Assembly: GCA_963727985.1 (NCBI GenBank)
Contig: CAVSIL010000009.1
Coordinates: 39,670 to 103,669 of the forward strand
Length of the DNA: 64,000 nucleotides
Source of the DNA: an uncultured Solirubrobacterales bacterium
GTDB lineage: Bacteria; Actinomycetota; Thermoleophilia; Solirubrobacterales; 70-9
Reading direction: 5' to 3'
This document shows positions 29,769 to 41,232 of this stretch, piece after piece (within the stretch, counting starts at the first letter, position 1; each line of letters begins with the position of its first letter). A program made the translations under genes and the position numbers. Below the pieces are notes generated by a model. That model worked only from the letters and a program-made list of their open reading frames with translations, was not told the origin of the DNA and ran no database searches.

Positions 29769-30621
29769 ATGCGGGCAGCGGTCGTCACCGGGGCGGGAGG
29801 AGGACTGGGGCGCGCGATCGCGATCGAGCTGGCGGCGCGCGGCTTCGCCGTCTGGGCGACCGACGTCAATGCCGAGGCGGCCACGCGCACGGCTGAGGAG
29901 ATCCGCGGCGAAGTTGGCACGCCGGCCGATGGCATCGTCAGAGCCTCGTCCCTTGACGTTCGTGACGAGAAGGCCTGCCGTGAGCTCGCCTCGACCGTGG
30001 TCGCCGAGGCGGGCGCGCTCGACCTCTGGGTCAACAACGCCGGCATCCTCGCCACCGGCCTCGCCTGGGAGCAGGACGAGCCGACCCGCGGGGCGATGCT
30101 CGCGATCAACGCCGCCGGGACGATGAACGGCACCGTCGCGGCGCTGGCGCCGATGGTGGCCGCCGGCCGCGGCCAGGTCATCAACGTGATCTCGCTCGCC
30201 GGCATCGTCGCCGCCCCCGGCGAGGTGGCGTACTCGGCCAGCAAGCACGCGGCGATGGCCTTCACCCTCGGCACCCTGTTCGACCTGCGCCGTGCCGGTC
30301 ACAGGGGAATCGAGCTCTCGGCCGTCTGCCCCGACGGGATCTGGACGCCGATGCTCGAGGACAAGCTTGAGGACCCCGACGCCGCCGGCTCCTTCTCCGG
30401 CCACCTGCTGACTCCCGAGCAGGTCGCGAGAGAGGTCGGCAAGCTGACCGAGCGCCCACGCCCCGTCCTCATCCTCCCCCGCTGGCGCGGCCCGCTGCTG
30501 CGTACTCTTCGACCTCTTCCCCCGCCTCGGCCTGCGGCTGCTGCCGGTGGTGATGTGGGACGCGCGGCGCCGGCAGCGCCGCTACAAGAAGCTGATCGAG
30601 TCCGGTCGCTGGCCCAAGTAG
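29769..30621 (+). CDS. Short-chain dehydrogenase/reductase (frameshift near 30500)
   Basis: VVTGAGGGLGRAIA, NNAG and YSASKHA motifs. The C-terminal ~40 aa lie in another frame, ending TAG 30619-30621. Confidence 0.8.
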
Positions 30622-30642
30622 GAGCGGTGCGCAGCGCCTTGC

Positions 30643-31260
30643 TCAGACGCTGCGGAAAACTCCGATAACCCGGCCAATCACAACCGCCTCGGTGGTGATG
30701 ATCGGCTCCAGCTCCTCGTTCTCCGGCTGCAGCCGCACGTGGTCCTTCTCGAGGAAGTAGCGCTTCACGGTCGCGTCCTCACCGATCAGGGCGACGACGA
30801 TTTCGCCGTCGCGAGCGACGTCGCCGGGCCGCACGATCACGTAGTCCTCATCGAGGATGCCGGCGTTCTTCATGCTTTCGCCGCGGATCTGCAGGATGTA
30901 GTCCCCGTCCTCGCCGCCGATTACGTCGGGGACCTCGATGTAGTCCTCGATGTTCTCTTCGGCCAGGATCGGCGCGCCGGCGGCAACCTGCCCCACCAGC
31001 GGCAGCCCGCTGTCGGGCCGGATCGTCCGCTTCGCCTTCTCGTAGAGCAGCTCGATCGCCCGCGGTTTCGAGGGGTCGCGTTTGAGCAGCCCGATCTTCT
31101 CCAGGTTCGCCAAGTGCGCGTGCACGGTCGAGGACGAGTGCAGGCCCACGGCTTTGCCGATCTCCCGCACGGTCGGCGGATACCCCGTCTTCGCCGCGTA
31201 CTTGCGGATGAAGTCGAAGATCTCCTTCTGCCTCTTGGTCAGGTCAAGATCAACCATCAT
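30643..31260 (-). CDS. lexA: LexA repressor
   Basis: LTKRQKEIFDFI..GYPPTVREI, cleavage site VAAGAP, protease motifs GESM and VKR. Confidence 0.95.
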   Translation of the reverse strand: MMVDLDLTKRQKEIFDFIRKYAAKTGYPPTVREIGKAVGLHSSSTVHAHLANLEKIGLLKRDPSKPRAIELLYEKAKRTIRPDSGLPLVGQVAAGAPILAEENIEDYIEVPDVIGGEDGDYILQIRGESMKNAGILDEDYVIVRPGDVARDGEIVVALIGEDATVKRYFLEKDHVRLQPENEELEPIITTEAVVIGRVIGVFRSV

Positions 31261-31300
31261 CAGTCCCTAGTTTCTCCCATTCGCCGGCAACAAGCACGTT

Positions 31301-31314
31301 CGAACACTTGTTCG
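31301..31314. promoter_or_regulatory. SOS box (Cheo-type) CGAACACTTGTTCG upstream of lexA
   Basis: Perfect GAAC-N4-GTTC palindrome 41 nt upstream of the lexA start. Confidence 0.8.
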
Positions 31315-31392
31315 CAGGCTACCGCCCAGCCCGGACACTCGCAAGCCAACGGCGCCCCCGCGCCCCAAACATCTAGAATCGACCGCCCTCGA

Positions 31393-31478
<86 letters not shown>

Positions 31479-31483
31479 TCGGA

Positions 31484-31512
31484 AAGCCCCCGCGTGCGGG
31501 GGCTTTTCGTTT
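31484..31512 (+). terminator. Intrinsic terminator after tRNA-Leu
   Basis: 10-bp perfect stem AAGCCCCCGC/GCGGGGGCTT with a 3-nt loop, followed by TTCGTTT. Confidence 0.7.
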
Positions 31513-31526
31513 CCGAGGCCCGTGCG

Positions 31527-31865
31527 TCAGGCAGATACGACCAGCTCGCGCTTCGGCGTCCGCCGAGACTTCGAGCTGGGCGCCTCGTCCTGAAAGCCGT
31601 AAACAAGATGGGTGTCGAGCGCCTTGGCGAGTTTGCGCATCGTCGCGAAGCTGAATCGGTGCTGTCCGCTCTCAAGGCGAGAGACAACGGAATGGCTCGT
31701 TCCCATCCTCTTGGCAAGCTCCTCCTGGGTGAGGTCGAGCTGCATCCGCTTCTGGATCGCCAGCCGCGCGAAGTCCTCGTAGGGCTTCGGCTCGTCGAAG
31801 GGCGGCTTTGTAAGCGGCGCTCTTGCGAGCCCGCTTCTCCATGCCTTCGGCATGTGAGCTTCCAA
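31527..31865 (-). CDS. XRE-family HTH protein (antitoxin-like)
   Basis: LTQEELAKRMGTSHSVVSRLESGQH..ATMRKLAKAL. An alternative N-terminus MEKRARKSAAYKAALRR in another frame (start 31842) would imply a frameshift near 31800. Confidence 0.7.
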   Translation of the reverse strand: MEAHMPKAWRSGLARAPLTKPPFDEPKPYEDFARLAIQKRMQLDLTQEELAKRMGTSHSVVSRLESGQHRFSFATMRKLAKALDTHLVYGFQDEAPSSKSRRTPKRELVVSA

Positions 31866-31959
31866 TCGGTGAGTCGTTCATATGAGCCATCTTCGTCCAA
31901 CTTCCAATTGACTGCGTCCGGTAGTAATGTAGCAAAACTGCTAAGTCCGGCCAGCGGAA

Positions 31960-32901
31960 TCAGGGGGCATCGCCACCAGCCGCACGAGGCGGCTTGCGAG
32001 GCCGGGCCTCGGGATTTTGTGTCGGAGAGGACGCTATGTGCCGACCGGGGATGACATTGCCGCGGGGCATCGAGGCCGTCGTGCAGACCTGCAGCAGCGC
32101 ATTGCGCGGGTCGGGAGCGCCTGCGCGCGAGCGCGCGGTGCAGGAGGGGGACCGGAGCCGCGGGGGGATCGGACGTCGGCCCGTGCAGCTGCAGATCGCC
32201 GGGTAGCGGGCGCGATTGTGCGATGCCGCTGGGCGATCTGATTGCCGAAGATCAACCCCGACCAACTTGGCGCCGCCGGAGGTCGGCTTGTGCAGTCGGC
32301 GAGACGGTGACCGAGAGCCTGGCGCGGCGCGATGCCGCGCAGGCGGCGGGCGCGCGGGCAGCGGGCCACGGTACAGGTTGGCACCGCGCAAGATCGCCCC
32401 GCGAAAGCTCGGCAGCCGGTCAGGTCCGGCGCTAAGAGGTTGAGCCGCTCGAGGTCCGCATCGGGCGCCAGCGTCTCGGCCAGGGCGCCGAGGGTCAGGT
32501 CCGCCCCGGAGAGGTCGGCGCGGTCCAGGCGCGCGAGCTGCGACGAGGGCCGGGGCGCTGAGCCCGCGCAGGTCGGCGCCCTGCAGACTCGGCGAAGGAG
32601 ACGGTGGCACCGCCCATGGCCGCCCGAGGCGCCCGCAGGCCGCGCAGGTCGGAGTCAGGGAAAAGCGCCTGAGGAGTTGGCGCCGCGACTCGGCCCGGGG
32701 CGGCTGGCGGCGACTGCACCGTGCAGCCCCGCACACGGGCCCCGTTCAACCGGCCCTCGCCGAAGGCATGACGGGCACCAACTGGTCGCTCGGCTTCCGG
32801 ATGAAGGGTGGCGCCGGCGCCCGGGGCCAGTCATAGGCCGGGGAAGCAGGGACTGGAGTGCCGCCCAGAGCGCGCGCGCCGAAGTCCGTGGCGAGGGCCA
32901 T
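31960..32901 (-). pseudogene. Pentapeptide-repeat protein remnant, heavily frameshifted
   Basis: Minus-strand fragments in all three frames: LQGADLRG, ADLSGADLT, FRGAILRGANL, GAKLVGVDLRQSD. No single long frame. Confidence 0.4.
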
Positions 32902-32953
32902 GCCGCCTCATCGGCAGAGCTCGCCTGACTGAGCGCTGCATCTCGGGCAGCCC

Positions 32954-33556
32954 CTACGGTGCCAGCAGGGTCCGCGTCCAGCCGTCGCCCGCCCGCACGA
33001 ACAGGCGACGCTCGTGGATGCGGTCGTCGGCTTCGCTCCAGAGCTCGATCGTCTCCGGGCGTACCCGCAGGGCGCCCCAGTCCTCGGGGCAGACCGGCGC
33101 CGTCTCCTGGACCTCGGCCAGGTGGGCCAGGCGATCGCGGAGCTGGTCGAGGTCGTCGATCTCCTCGCCCTGGCGGGAGACGACGGTCTGCAGTTGGTGG
33201 AAGGGGTCGCGCTGGGCGAACAGCTCCTCGGCGAGGGCGCGCTCGGCAAGGGTCGCCTCGCCGGTGACATGGACCTGGCGGCCCAGCGCCGGCCAGTGGA
33301 AGAGCAAGGCGACCTGGGGATTGGCCTCGATCTCCTGCGCCTTGCGGGTCCAGAGGGCCGAGGTGAAGAGCAGGGCGTCGTCCTCGATTCGCTTCAGGGT
33401 CACCGTGCGGGCCGAGGGGCGGCCACCCTCCCCCACGGTGACGAACGCGACCGAGGCCGGCTGCGGAATCCCCTCCGCGCGCGCCTCCTCAATCCAGCGC
33501 TCGAGCTCGCGGATGGGGTCCTCGCCGGGCATGCCGTCGAGAATAGTTCTGGGCAA
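32954..33556 (-). CDS. pdxH: Pyridoxamine 5'-phosphate oxidase
   Basis: PSARTVTLK..LLFHWPALGRQVHVTG..WGALRVRPETIELW..RIHER pattern. Confidence 0.9.
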   Translation of the reverse strand: MPRTILDGMPGEDPIRELERWIEEARAEGIPQPASVAFVTVGEGGRPSARTVTLKRIEDDALLFTSALWTRKAQEIEANPQVALLFHWPALGRQVHVTGEATLAERALAEELFAQRDPFHQLQTVVSRQGEEIDDLDQLRDRLAHLAEVQETAPVCPEDWGALRVRPETIELWSEADDRIHERRLFVRAGDGWTRTLLAP

Positions 33557-33625
33557 AGCGGAATGCGGAGTACGCTCCTACCGAGCGTGCCGAGTGGGAT
33601 CGGCCCCAACCGAGGAGGAGGTCCG

Positions 33626-35200
33626 ATGTACGACTACGTGATCGTCGGAGCGGGCTCTGCCGGGTGCGTGCTCGCCGCGCGCCTCTCAGAGGACCCGGAC
33701 ACCAGCGTGCTGTTGCTCGAGGCAGGGCCGCCGGACGTGAACGAGAACATCCACGTCCCGCTCGGCTACCTGCAGCTGGCCCGGACCGAGGTCGACTGGG
33801 ACTACGACAGCGCCCCGGAACCGGGCTGTGGCGGCCGCCGCCTTCCCCTCCCCCGCGGCAAGGTCCTCGGCGGCTGCTCCTCCACCAACGCCATGGTCTA
33901 CATCCGCGGCAACCACGCCGACTACGACGAATGGGGTGTCGACGGCTGGGGCTGGAAGGACCTCTTCCCCTACTTCCTCAAGGCCGAGGACAACGAGCGC
34001 GGCGCTTCCGAGTGGCATGGCGTCGGGGGGCCGCTGGCCGTCTCCGACCAGCGCTCCGGCAACAAGATCACGCCCGCCTTCGTCGAGGCCGGGGTCGAAG
34101 CGGGCCTACCCCGCAACGAGGACTTCAACGGCGCCGAGCAGGACGGGGTCGGGATGTACCAGGTGACCCAGCGCGGCGGCATGCGCGCCAGCGCCTCGGT
34201 CTCCTACCTGCACCCGGCGATGGAGCGTCCGAACCTGACCGTGATGCCCTACATGCACGTGAACCGCGTGCTCTTCGAGGGGACGCGCGCGGTCGGGGTC
34301 GAGGCGAGCCAGCTCGGCCAGGCCCAGGAGCTGCGGGCCGAGCGCGAGGTGATCCTCTGCGGCGGCGCCTACAACTCGCCGCAGCTGCTGATGCTGTCCG
34401 GCGTCGGGCCGGCCGAACATCTGGCGATGCGGGAGGTCGAGCTGCTGCTCGACCAGCCGGCGGTCGGGGAGAACCTCAGCGACCACGCGGCTCACTACGA
34501 AGTCTGGACCACACCCGAGCCGGAGAGCCTGCTGGCGGCGCTCGAGCCCGCGGCGCTGGAGGAGTTCGCCGCCTCCCAGACCGGCCCCTTCGCCTCCAAC
34601 CTGGCCGAGGCCGGCCTCTTCGCCAGGGTGGACGCCGGCGCCGAGGCGCCCGACACCCAGTTCCACGTCGCTCCGATCCACATCGTCGAAGAGGGCATGG
34701 GCGACCCCCAGGCGCACGGGGTCTGGGTCTCCCCCTGCCTGCTGACGCCGCGCGCCCGCGGCTCGGTCCGGCTCGCCTCCAAAGACCCGACCGCGAAGCC
34801 GATCGTCCGCAACGGCTTCTACGCCGAGGAGGAGGACATGGCGCGGGCGATCGCGGCGGCACGGCTGGCCCAGGAGATCTGCGCCCAGCCGGCAATGCGC
34901 CGCTACTGCGCCGAGCCGTTCACGGTCCCGGCCGGCGAGTCCGACGACGACCTGCGCGCCCACGTCGCCGCCACCACGTACCCGGTCTACCACCCGGTCG
35001 GCACCTGCGCGATCGGCTCGGTGGTCGACGCCGACCTGCGGGTCGAGGGCCTGGAGGCGCTCCGCGTCGTCGACGCCTCGGTGATGCCGGTCGTCCCCCG
35101 CGGCAACACCAATGCCCCGACGATCGCGATCGCCGAGCGGGCGGCGGACCTGATCAAGGGCGCGGTACCGCTACAGGCCGCCGAGGTCAGCGCCGGCTAA
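33626..35200 (+). CDS. GMC-family FAD oxidoreductase (choline dehydrogenase-like)
   Basis: GAGGAGGAGG RBS. YDYVIVGAGSAGCVLAARLSED, GKVLGGCSSTNAM, HPVGTCAIG. Confidence 0.9.
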   Translation: MYDYVIVGAGSAGCVLAARLSEDPDTSVLLLEAGPPDVNENIHVPLGYLQLARTEVDWDYDSAPEPGCGGRRLPLPRGKVLGGCSSTNAMVYIRGNHADYDEWGVDGWGWKDLFPYFLKAEDNERGASEWHGVGGPLAVSDQRSGNKITPAFVEAGVEAGLPRNEDFNGAEQDGVGMYQVTQRGGMRASASVSYLHPAMERPNLTVMPYMHVNRVLFEGTRAVGVEASQLGQAQELRAEREVILCGGAYNSPQLLMLSGVGPAEHLAMREVELLLDQPAVGENLSDHAAHYEVWTTPEPESLLAALEPAALEEFAASQTGPFASNLAEAGLFARVDAGAEAPDTQFHVAPIHIVEEGMGDPQAHGVWVSPCLLTPRARGSVRLASKDPTAKPIVRNGFYAEEEDMARAIAAARLAQEICAQPAMRRYCAEPFTVPAGESDDDLRAHVAATTYPVYHPVGTCAIGSVVDADLRVEGLEALRVVDASVMPVVPRGNTNAPTIAIAERAADLIKGAVPLQAAEVSAG

Positions 35201-35811
35201 GAGCCGAGGGCCTTGTCGATGAACGGGCCCAGCAGGTCCGCCACCGAGGACGCCGTCGTCTCCGGCGACTCGCTGGGGCCGGTGATGTAGCTGATCGCCA
35301 GCCGCACCAGGGCTTCGGAGAGGAGGTCGACGTCGGCTTTCGCGGCCTGCGGCCAGCCCTGCTCGATCACGGCGCCGAGGCGCGCGGTCGCCCACTGGAC
35401 CACCGGCAGGCCCTGGGTGGTGACGAAGGGGAGCATGCCGCCGGTACCGTCGTCGCTGAGCAGGGTGCGGATCAGCGGATCCTCGCCGGCGGTCCGCAGG
35501 AACAGCTCGAGGGCGGCACCGACGGCGGCGCGGGGATCGTCGACATGCTGGAGGACCGCCACCTCGACATCGTCGAGAAAGCGCTCGCCCTCGTGGATGA
35601 CGAAGGCGAGGCCGAACTCGTTGCGGTTGCCGAACTCCTTGTAGAGGGTCTGGCGGCTGACGCCGGCGCTGGCGGCGATGTCGGACATCGTGATCTCCGA
35701 CCAGGCCTGCTGCTCGAGCCGGTCGCGGGCGGCGCCGAACAGGGTCTGGCGCAGCAGCTCCCTGGCCGCCTCGGGGTATGGGGTTCGCGTGCTCGCCACG
35801 GTCGCGCCCAT
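35197..35811 (-). CDS. TetR-family regulator of the alkB cluster
   Basis: ITMSDIAASAGVSRQTLYKEFGNRNEF HTH. Last gene of the alkB-rubredoxin-tetR arrangement. Confidence 0.85.
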   Translation of the reverse strand: MGATVASTRTPYPEAARELLRQTLFGAARDRLEQQAWSEITMSDIAASAGVSRQTLYKEFGNRNEFGLAFVIHEGERFLDDVEVAVLQHVDDPRAAVGAALELFLRTAGEDPLIRTLLSDDGTGGMLPFVTTQGLPVVQWATARLGAVIEQGWPQAAKADVDLLSEALVRLAISYITGPSESPETTASSVADLLGPFIDKALGS

Positions 35812-35828
35812 CGTCGCAGTGGGAGCGG

Positions 35829-36002
35829 TCACGCGGCCTCGTCGTCGGGCACGAAGTCGACCTTGTCGCGGACGCCGCAGTCGGGGCAGGCGTAGTCGTC
35901 GGGCACCGCGCTCCATGGCGTACCAGGCGGGAAGCCCTCGCGCGGGTGCCCCGCCTCCTCGTCGTAGACGTAGCCGCAGCCGGGACAGCGCCAGCGACTC
36001 AT
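35829..36002 (-). CDS. rubA: Rubredoxin
   Basis: 57 aa with CPGCGYVYDE and CPDCG. The ATG overlaps the alkB stop (ATGA). Confidence 0.9.
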   Translation of the reverse strand: MSRWRCPGCGYVYDEEAGHPREGFPPGTPWSAVPDDYACPDCGVRDKVDFVPDDEAA

Positions 36003-37213
36003 GCGGCGGCCGCCCCGGTGCCGGCGCCGTAGCGGGCGAGGATCTTCGCCCGCTTGCGCGGCTGGATGTTGGCGCGGGTGACATCGCCCTCGAAGTGGTC
36101 GAGCAGGCGCGGGTCCATCACCCGTCGCCACAGCGGCGGGAACCAGGCGAGCACGATCATCCCGGCGTAGCCGGTGGGCAGCTGCGGCGCTTCTTCGACG
36201 TGGCGCAGCGCCTGGTAGCGGCGGGTCGGGTTGGCGTGGTGGTCGCTGTGGCGCTGCAGGTGGTAGAGCAGCACGTTGGAGGCGACGTTGTTGCTGTTCC
36301 AGCTGTGCTCGGGCAGGCAGCGCTCGTAGCGGCCGTCCTCGCGCTTGTTGCGGCGCAGGCCGTAGTGCTCGAGGTAGTTGACGACCTCCAGCAGCGAGAA
36401 GCCGAGCACCGCCTGCAGCAGCAGGTACGGCAGCACGACGGGGCCGAAGACGATCGCCAGCGCGGCGAACAGCACCACCGTCATCGCCCAGGCGCTGAGC
36501 AGGTCGTTGCGCCAGCTCCAGTGCGACTGGCCGACGCGGTCGAGGCGCGCCGTCTCGATCCCCCAGGCGGAGGTGAGGCTGCCGGAAACGGTCCGCGGCA
36601 GGAAGGCCCAGAAGCTCTCCCCCAGCCGCGAGCTGGCGGGGTCCTCGGGGGTGGCGACGCGGACGTGATGGCCGCGGTTGTGCTCGATGAAGAAGTGGCC
36701 GTAGCCGGTCTGGGCGAGGGCGATGCGGCTGAGCCAGCGCTCCGAGTTGGCGCGCTTGTGGCCGAGCTCGTGGGCGGTGTTGATGGCGATCCCGCCGACG
36801 ACGCCGACGGTAAAGGCGAGCCCGAGGCTGTCGAGCGTCGAGAGGTCGCCGCTGGACCAGAGGTAGCAGGCGAAGATGAGGCCGGCGTACTGGATCGGGA
36901 TGAAGACGTAGGTGCACCAGCGGTAGTAGCGGTCCTGCTCGAGCCACTTGAGGATGCTGTCGGGCGGGTTGGTGGCGTCCACCCCGACGGCGATGTCGAG
37001 GATCGGGAAGGCGACGAAGATGAGAACGGGGCCGAGCAGCCAGAAGGCGCCGAGGCCGGTCAGCTCGACCGAGCCCCAGGCGAGGAACGGCGCCAGCGGC
37101 ACGACGATCCCCAGCAGCCAGGCGTAGCGCTTGGGGTCGGTCCAGGTCGCGGGGTTGACCTCGACCTCGTCGTGATGGTGGTGATGATGCGCGTCGGCGG
37201 TGGTGGCCTCCAT
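35999..37213 (-). CDS. alkB: Alkane 1-monooxygenase (integral-membrane di-iron)
   Basis: His boxes HELGHK, EHNRGHH and LQRHSDHH. The N-terminus carries a HHHHHH run. Confidence 0.92.
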   Translation of the reverse strand: MEATTADAHHHHHHDEVEVNPATWTDPKRYAWLLGIVVPLAPFLAWGSVELTGLGAFWLLGPVLIFVAFPILDIAVGVDATNPPDSILKWLEQDRYYRWCTYVFIPIQYAGLIFACYLWSSGDLSTLDSLGLAFTVGVVGGIAINTAHELGHKRANSERWLSRIALAQTGYGHFFIEHNRGHHVRVATPEDPASSRLGESFWAFLPRTVSGSLTSAWGIETARLDRVGQSHWSWRNDLLSAWAMTVVLFAALAIVFGPVVLPYLLLQAVLGFSLLEVVNYLEHYGLRRNKREDGRYERCLPEHSWNSNNVASNVLLYHLQRHSDHHANPTRRYQALRHVEEAPQLPTGYAGMIVLAWFPPLWRRVMDPRLLDHFEGDVTRANIQPRKRAKILARYGAGTGAAAA

Positions 37214-37250
37214 GGGCCTCCTCCTTGTCAGAGTTTCAAAGAACGTCTGC

Positions 37251-37279
37251 AACCTAGACAAAGAACCATGGTTTGTCAA
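37251..37279 (-). promoter_or_regulatory. Putative alkB promoter (TTGACA-17-TAGGTT) with AACCATGGTT palindrome in the spacer
   Basis: Minus strand GGTTGACAAACCATGGTTCTTTGTCTAGGTT, about 38 nt upstream of ATG 37213. Confidence 0.5.
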
Positions 37280-37349
37280 CCGACCGTACAAACCAGCACA
37301 AAATGCCCGGATTCGACCGGGCGAGAGCAACGGCGAGGGGGCGCGGGCG

Positions 37350-37574
37350 CTAGATCTTCAGCAACACGAAGGTGTTCAGCACCCAGATCAGGGCGACGGC
37401 AATCGTGGCGCGGGTGAGGTTGCGCTCGACCATCGAGCCACCGCCGAGCGAGCTGCCGCCGCCGCCGACGCCGAAGGCGCCGGAGAGGCCCGCGTCTTTC
37501 CCCGAGTGCAGCAGGATCAGGAAGATCAGGACGACGGAGAGAAAGACCTGGAGGACGCTGAGAAGCGTGTACAT
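37350..37574 (-). CDS. secG: Preprotein translocase subunit SecG
   Basis: 74 aa: MYTLLSVLQVFLSVVLIFLILLHSGKDAGLSGAFGVGGGGS.. Confidence 0.85.
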   Translation of the reverse strand: MYTLLSVLQVFLSVVLIFLILLHSGKDAGLSGAFGVGGGGSSLGGGSMVERNLTRATIAVALIWVLNTFVLLKI

Positions 37575-37585
37575 GGCCGGGAAGT

Positions 37586-39938
<2,353 letters not shown>

Positions 39939-39946
<8 letters not shown>

Positions 39947-40340
39947 TGCTCTTGGTCGTGAACTTCGAGGGGCACTTCGTGATCAGGGTTTCCGGCTCGC
40001 CGACGAAGGTGCCGCCCTGGATGGCGCCGGTGAGGACGATCTCGCGGCCGCCGCGGAAGGGGTCCGGCACGGTGCCGGTGTAGGTGACCGGCAGGGCCGG
40101 GCTCTTGCCGTCGCGGTCGACGACGCGGAAGGCGATGCCGGCACCCTCGTGGTGGACCGAGCCCTTGACGACCCTGCCGGTCATCTCGTAGCTGGTGCCG
40201 GGGGCGGCGGTGAGCAACTGCGAGGGCTCCTTCGCCTCGGTCGAGGCCGAGAACGAGGTGTAGATCAGGGCCACCGAGAGCAGCACGGCGACGCTGAGCG
40301 CGACCACGAGGCGGATCTTGCGCTTGCGCTGGGGGTCCAC
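39939..40340 (-). CDS. ccmE: Cytochrome c maturation heme chaperone CcmE, Cys-type variant
   Basis: N-terminal TM anchor and an OB-fold body (VPDPFRGGREIVLTG). KCPSKF occupies the position of the canonical AKHDENY heme-binding site. Confidence 0.85.
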
Positions 40341-40368
40341 GACGTCGGGATTATCGCAATCTGGTCGC

Positions 40369-40442
40369 GGCGGCGGGTGCCCCGGGGGTCGGCGGACGCG
40401 CTTCGCGCTGAGTGTCCGGCGACCCCCGGGGCACCCGCCGCC
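40369..40442. repeat. Long GC-rich inverted repeat (23-bp perfect arms, 28-nt spacer)
   Basis: GGCGGCGGGTGCCCCGGGGGTCG at 40369-40391 is the exact reverse complement of 40420-40442. It lies between divergent ccmE and an SDR gene. Confidence 0.9.
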
Positions 40443-40467
40443 CGTCGAGAGCTGGGAGAATCACGGG

Positions 40468-41184
40468 GTGAGCGATCAAGGCGCAAGCGACCCGGTTCTG
40501 CTGATCACCGGCGCCAGTAGCGGCATCGGGGCCGCGACCGCGCGAGCGGCGGCCGGGAAGTACCGGTTGGTGCTGGCGGCGCGGCGGCTGGAGGAGCTGG
40601 AGGCGCTGGCTGCGGAGCTCGGCGGCGAGGAGCGGGCGCTGGCCGTGCGCTGCGACGTCACCGAGTGGGACCAGGTCGAGGCGATGGCCGCGGCGGCCTT
40701 GGAGCGCTTCGGCCGCATCGACGCCGTCTTCGCCAACGCCGGCTTCGGGGCGACCCGCGGCTTCCTCGAGGAGTCGCCCGAGCACTGGCGCTCGATGGTC
40801 CTGACCAACGTCTACGGGGCGGCGCTGACGATCCGCGCCACCCTCCCCCACCTGCTCGAGCGCGGCGACGGCCACTTCCTCATCACCAGCTCGATCGCGG
40901 GACGGCGGGCGCTGCCGGGCTCGCTCTACTCGGCGACCAAGTTCGCCGCGACCGCGATCGGCGAGTCGCTGCGAGCGGAGCTGCGGCAGATGCACGAGAA
41001 CACCGCGATCAAGGTGACCCTGATCGAGCCCGGGATGACCGACACCGACTTCTTCGACAACCGGCCCGGCGAGTGGGCGCTGCGCGACACCGACATCGCC
41101 AAAGCCGTGATGTACGCGCTCGAGCAGGGGCCGGACGTCGACGTCAACGAGATCCTGATCAGGCCGACGAGCCAGCCGATCTGA
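40468..41184 (+). CDS. Short-chain dehydrogenase/reductase
   Basis: GTG start. LITGASSGIGAATA, NAG, YSATKFA. Confidence 0.85.
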   Translation: MSDQGASDPVLLITGASSGIGAATARAAAGKYRLVLAARRLEELEALAAELGGEERALAVRCDVTEWDQVEAMAAAALERFGRIDAVFANAGFGATRGFLEESPEHWRSMVLTNVYGAALTIRATLPHLLERGDGHFLITSSIAGRRALPGSLYSATKFAATAIGESLRAELRQMHENTAIKVTLIEPGMTDTDFFDNRPGEWALRDTDIAKAVMYALEQGPDVDVNEILIRPTSQPI

Positions 41185-41231
41185 ACTGCATCAGATTTCC
41201 GGCCCGACAGCCAGGAAATTTGATGCAGTTC
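41183..41231. repeat. Palindromic element family 1, copy 3 (fills the gap between convergent SDR and GT2 genes)
   Basis: GAACTGCATCAGATTTCC-GGCCCGACAGCCA-GGAAATTTGATGCAGTTC, 17 of 18 bp paired. The SDR stop TGA 41182-41184 overlaps its first bases. Confidence 0.9.
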
Positions 41232-41232
41232 G

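Noticed and set aside
33014-33625. Upstream 200-codon extension of the GMC oxidoreductase ORF (track ORF 33014..35200).
   Set aside because: The extension is antisense to pdxH and has no GMC similarity. ATG 33626 follows a strong GAGGAGGAGG RBS and begins the YDYVIVGAGSAG Rossmann motif.
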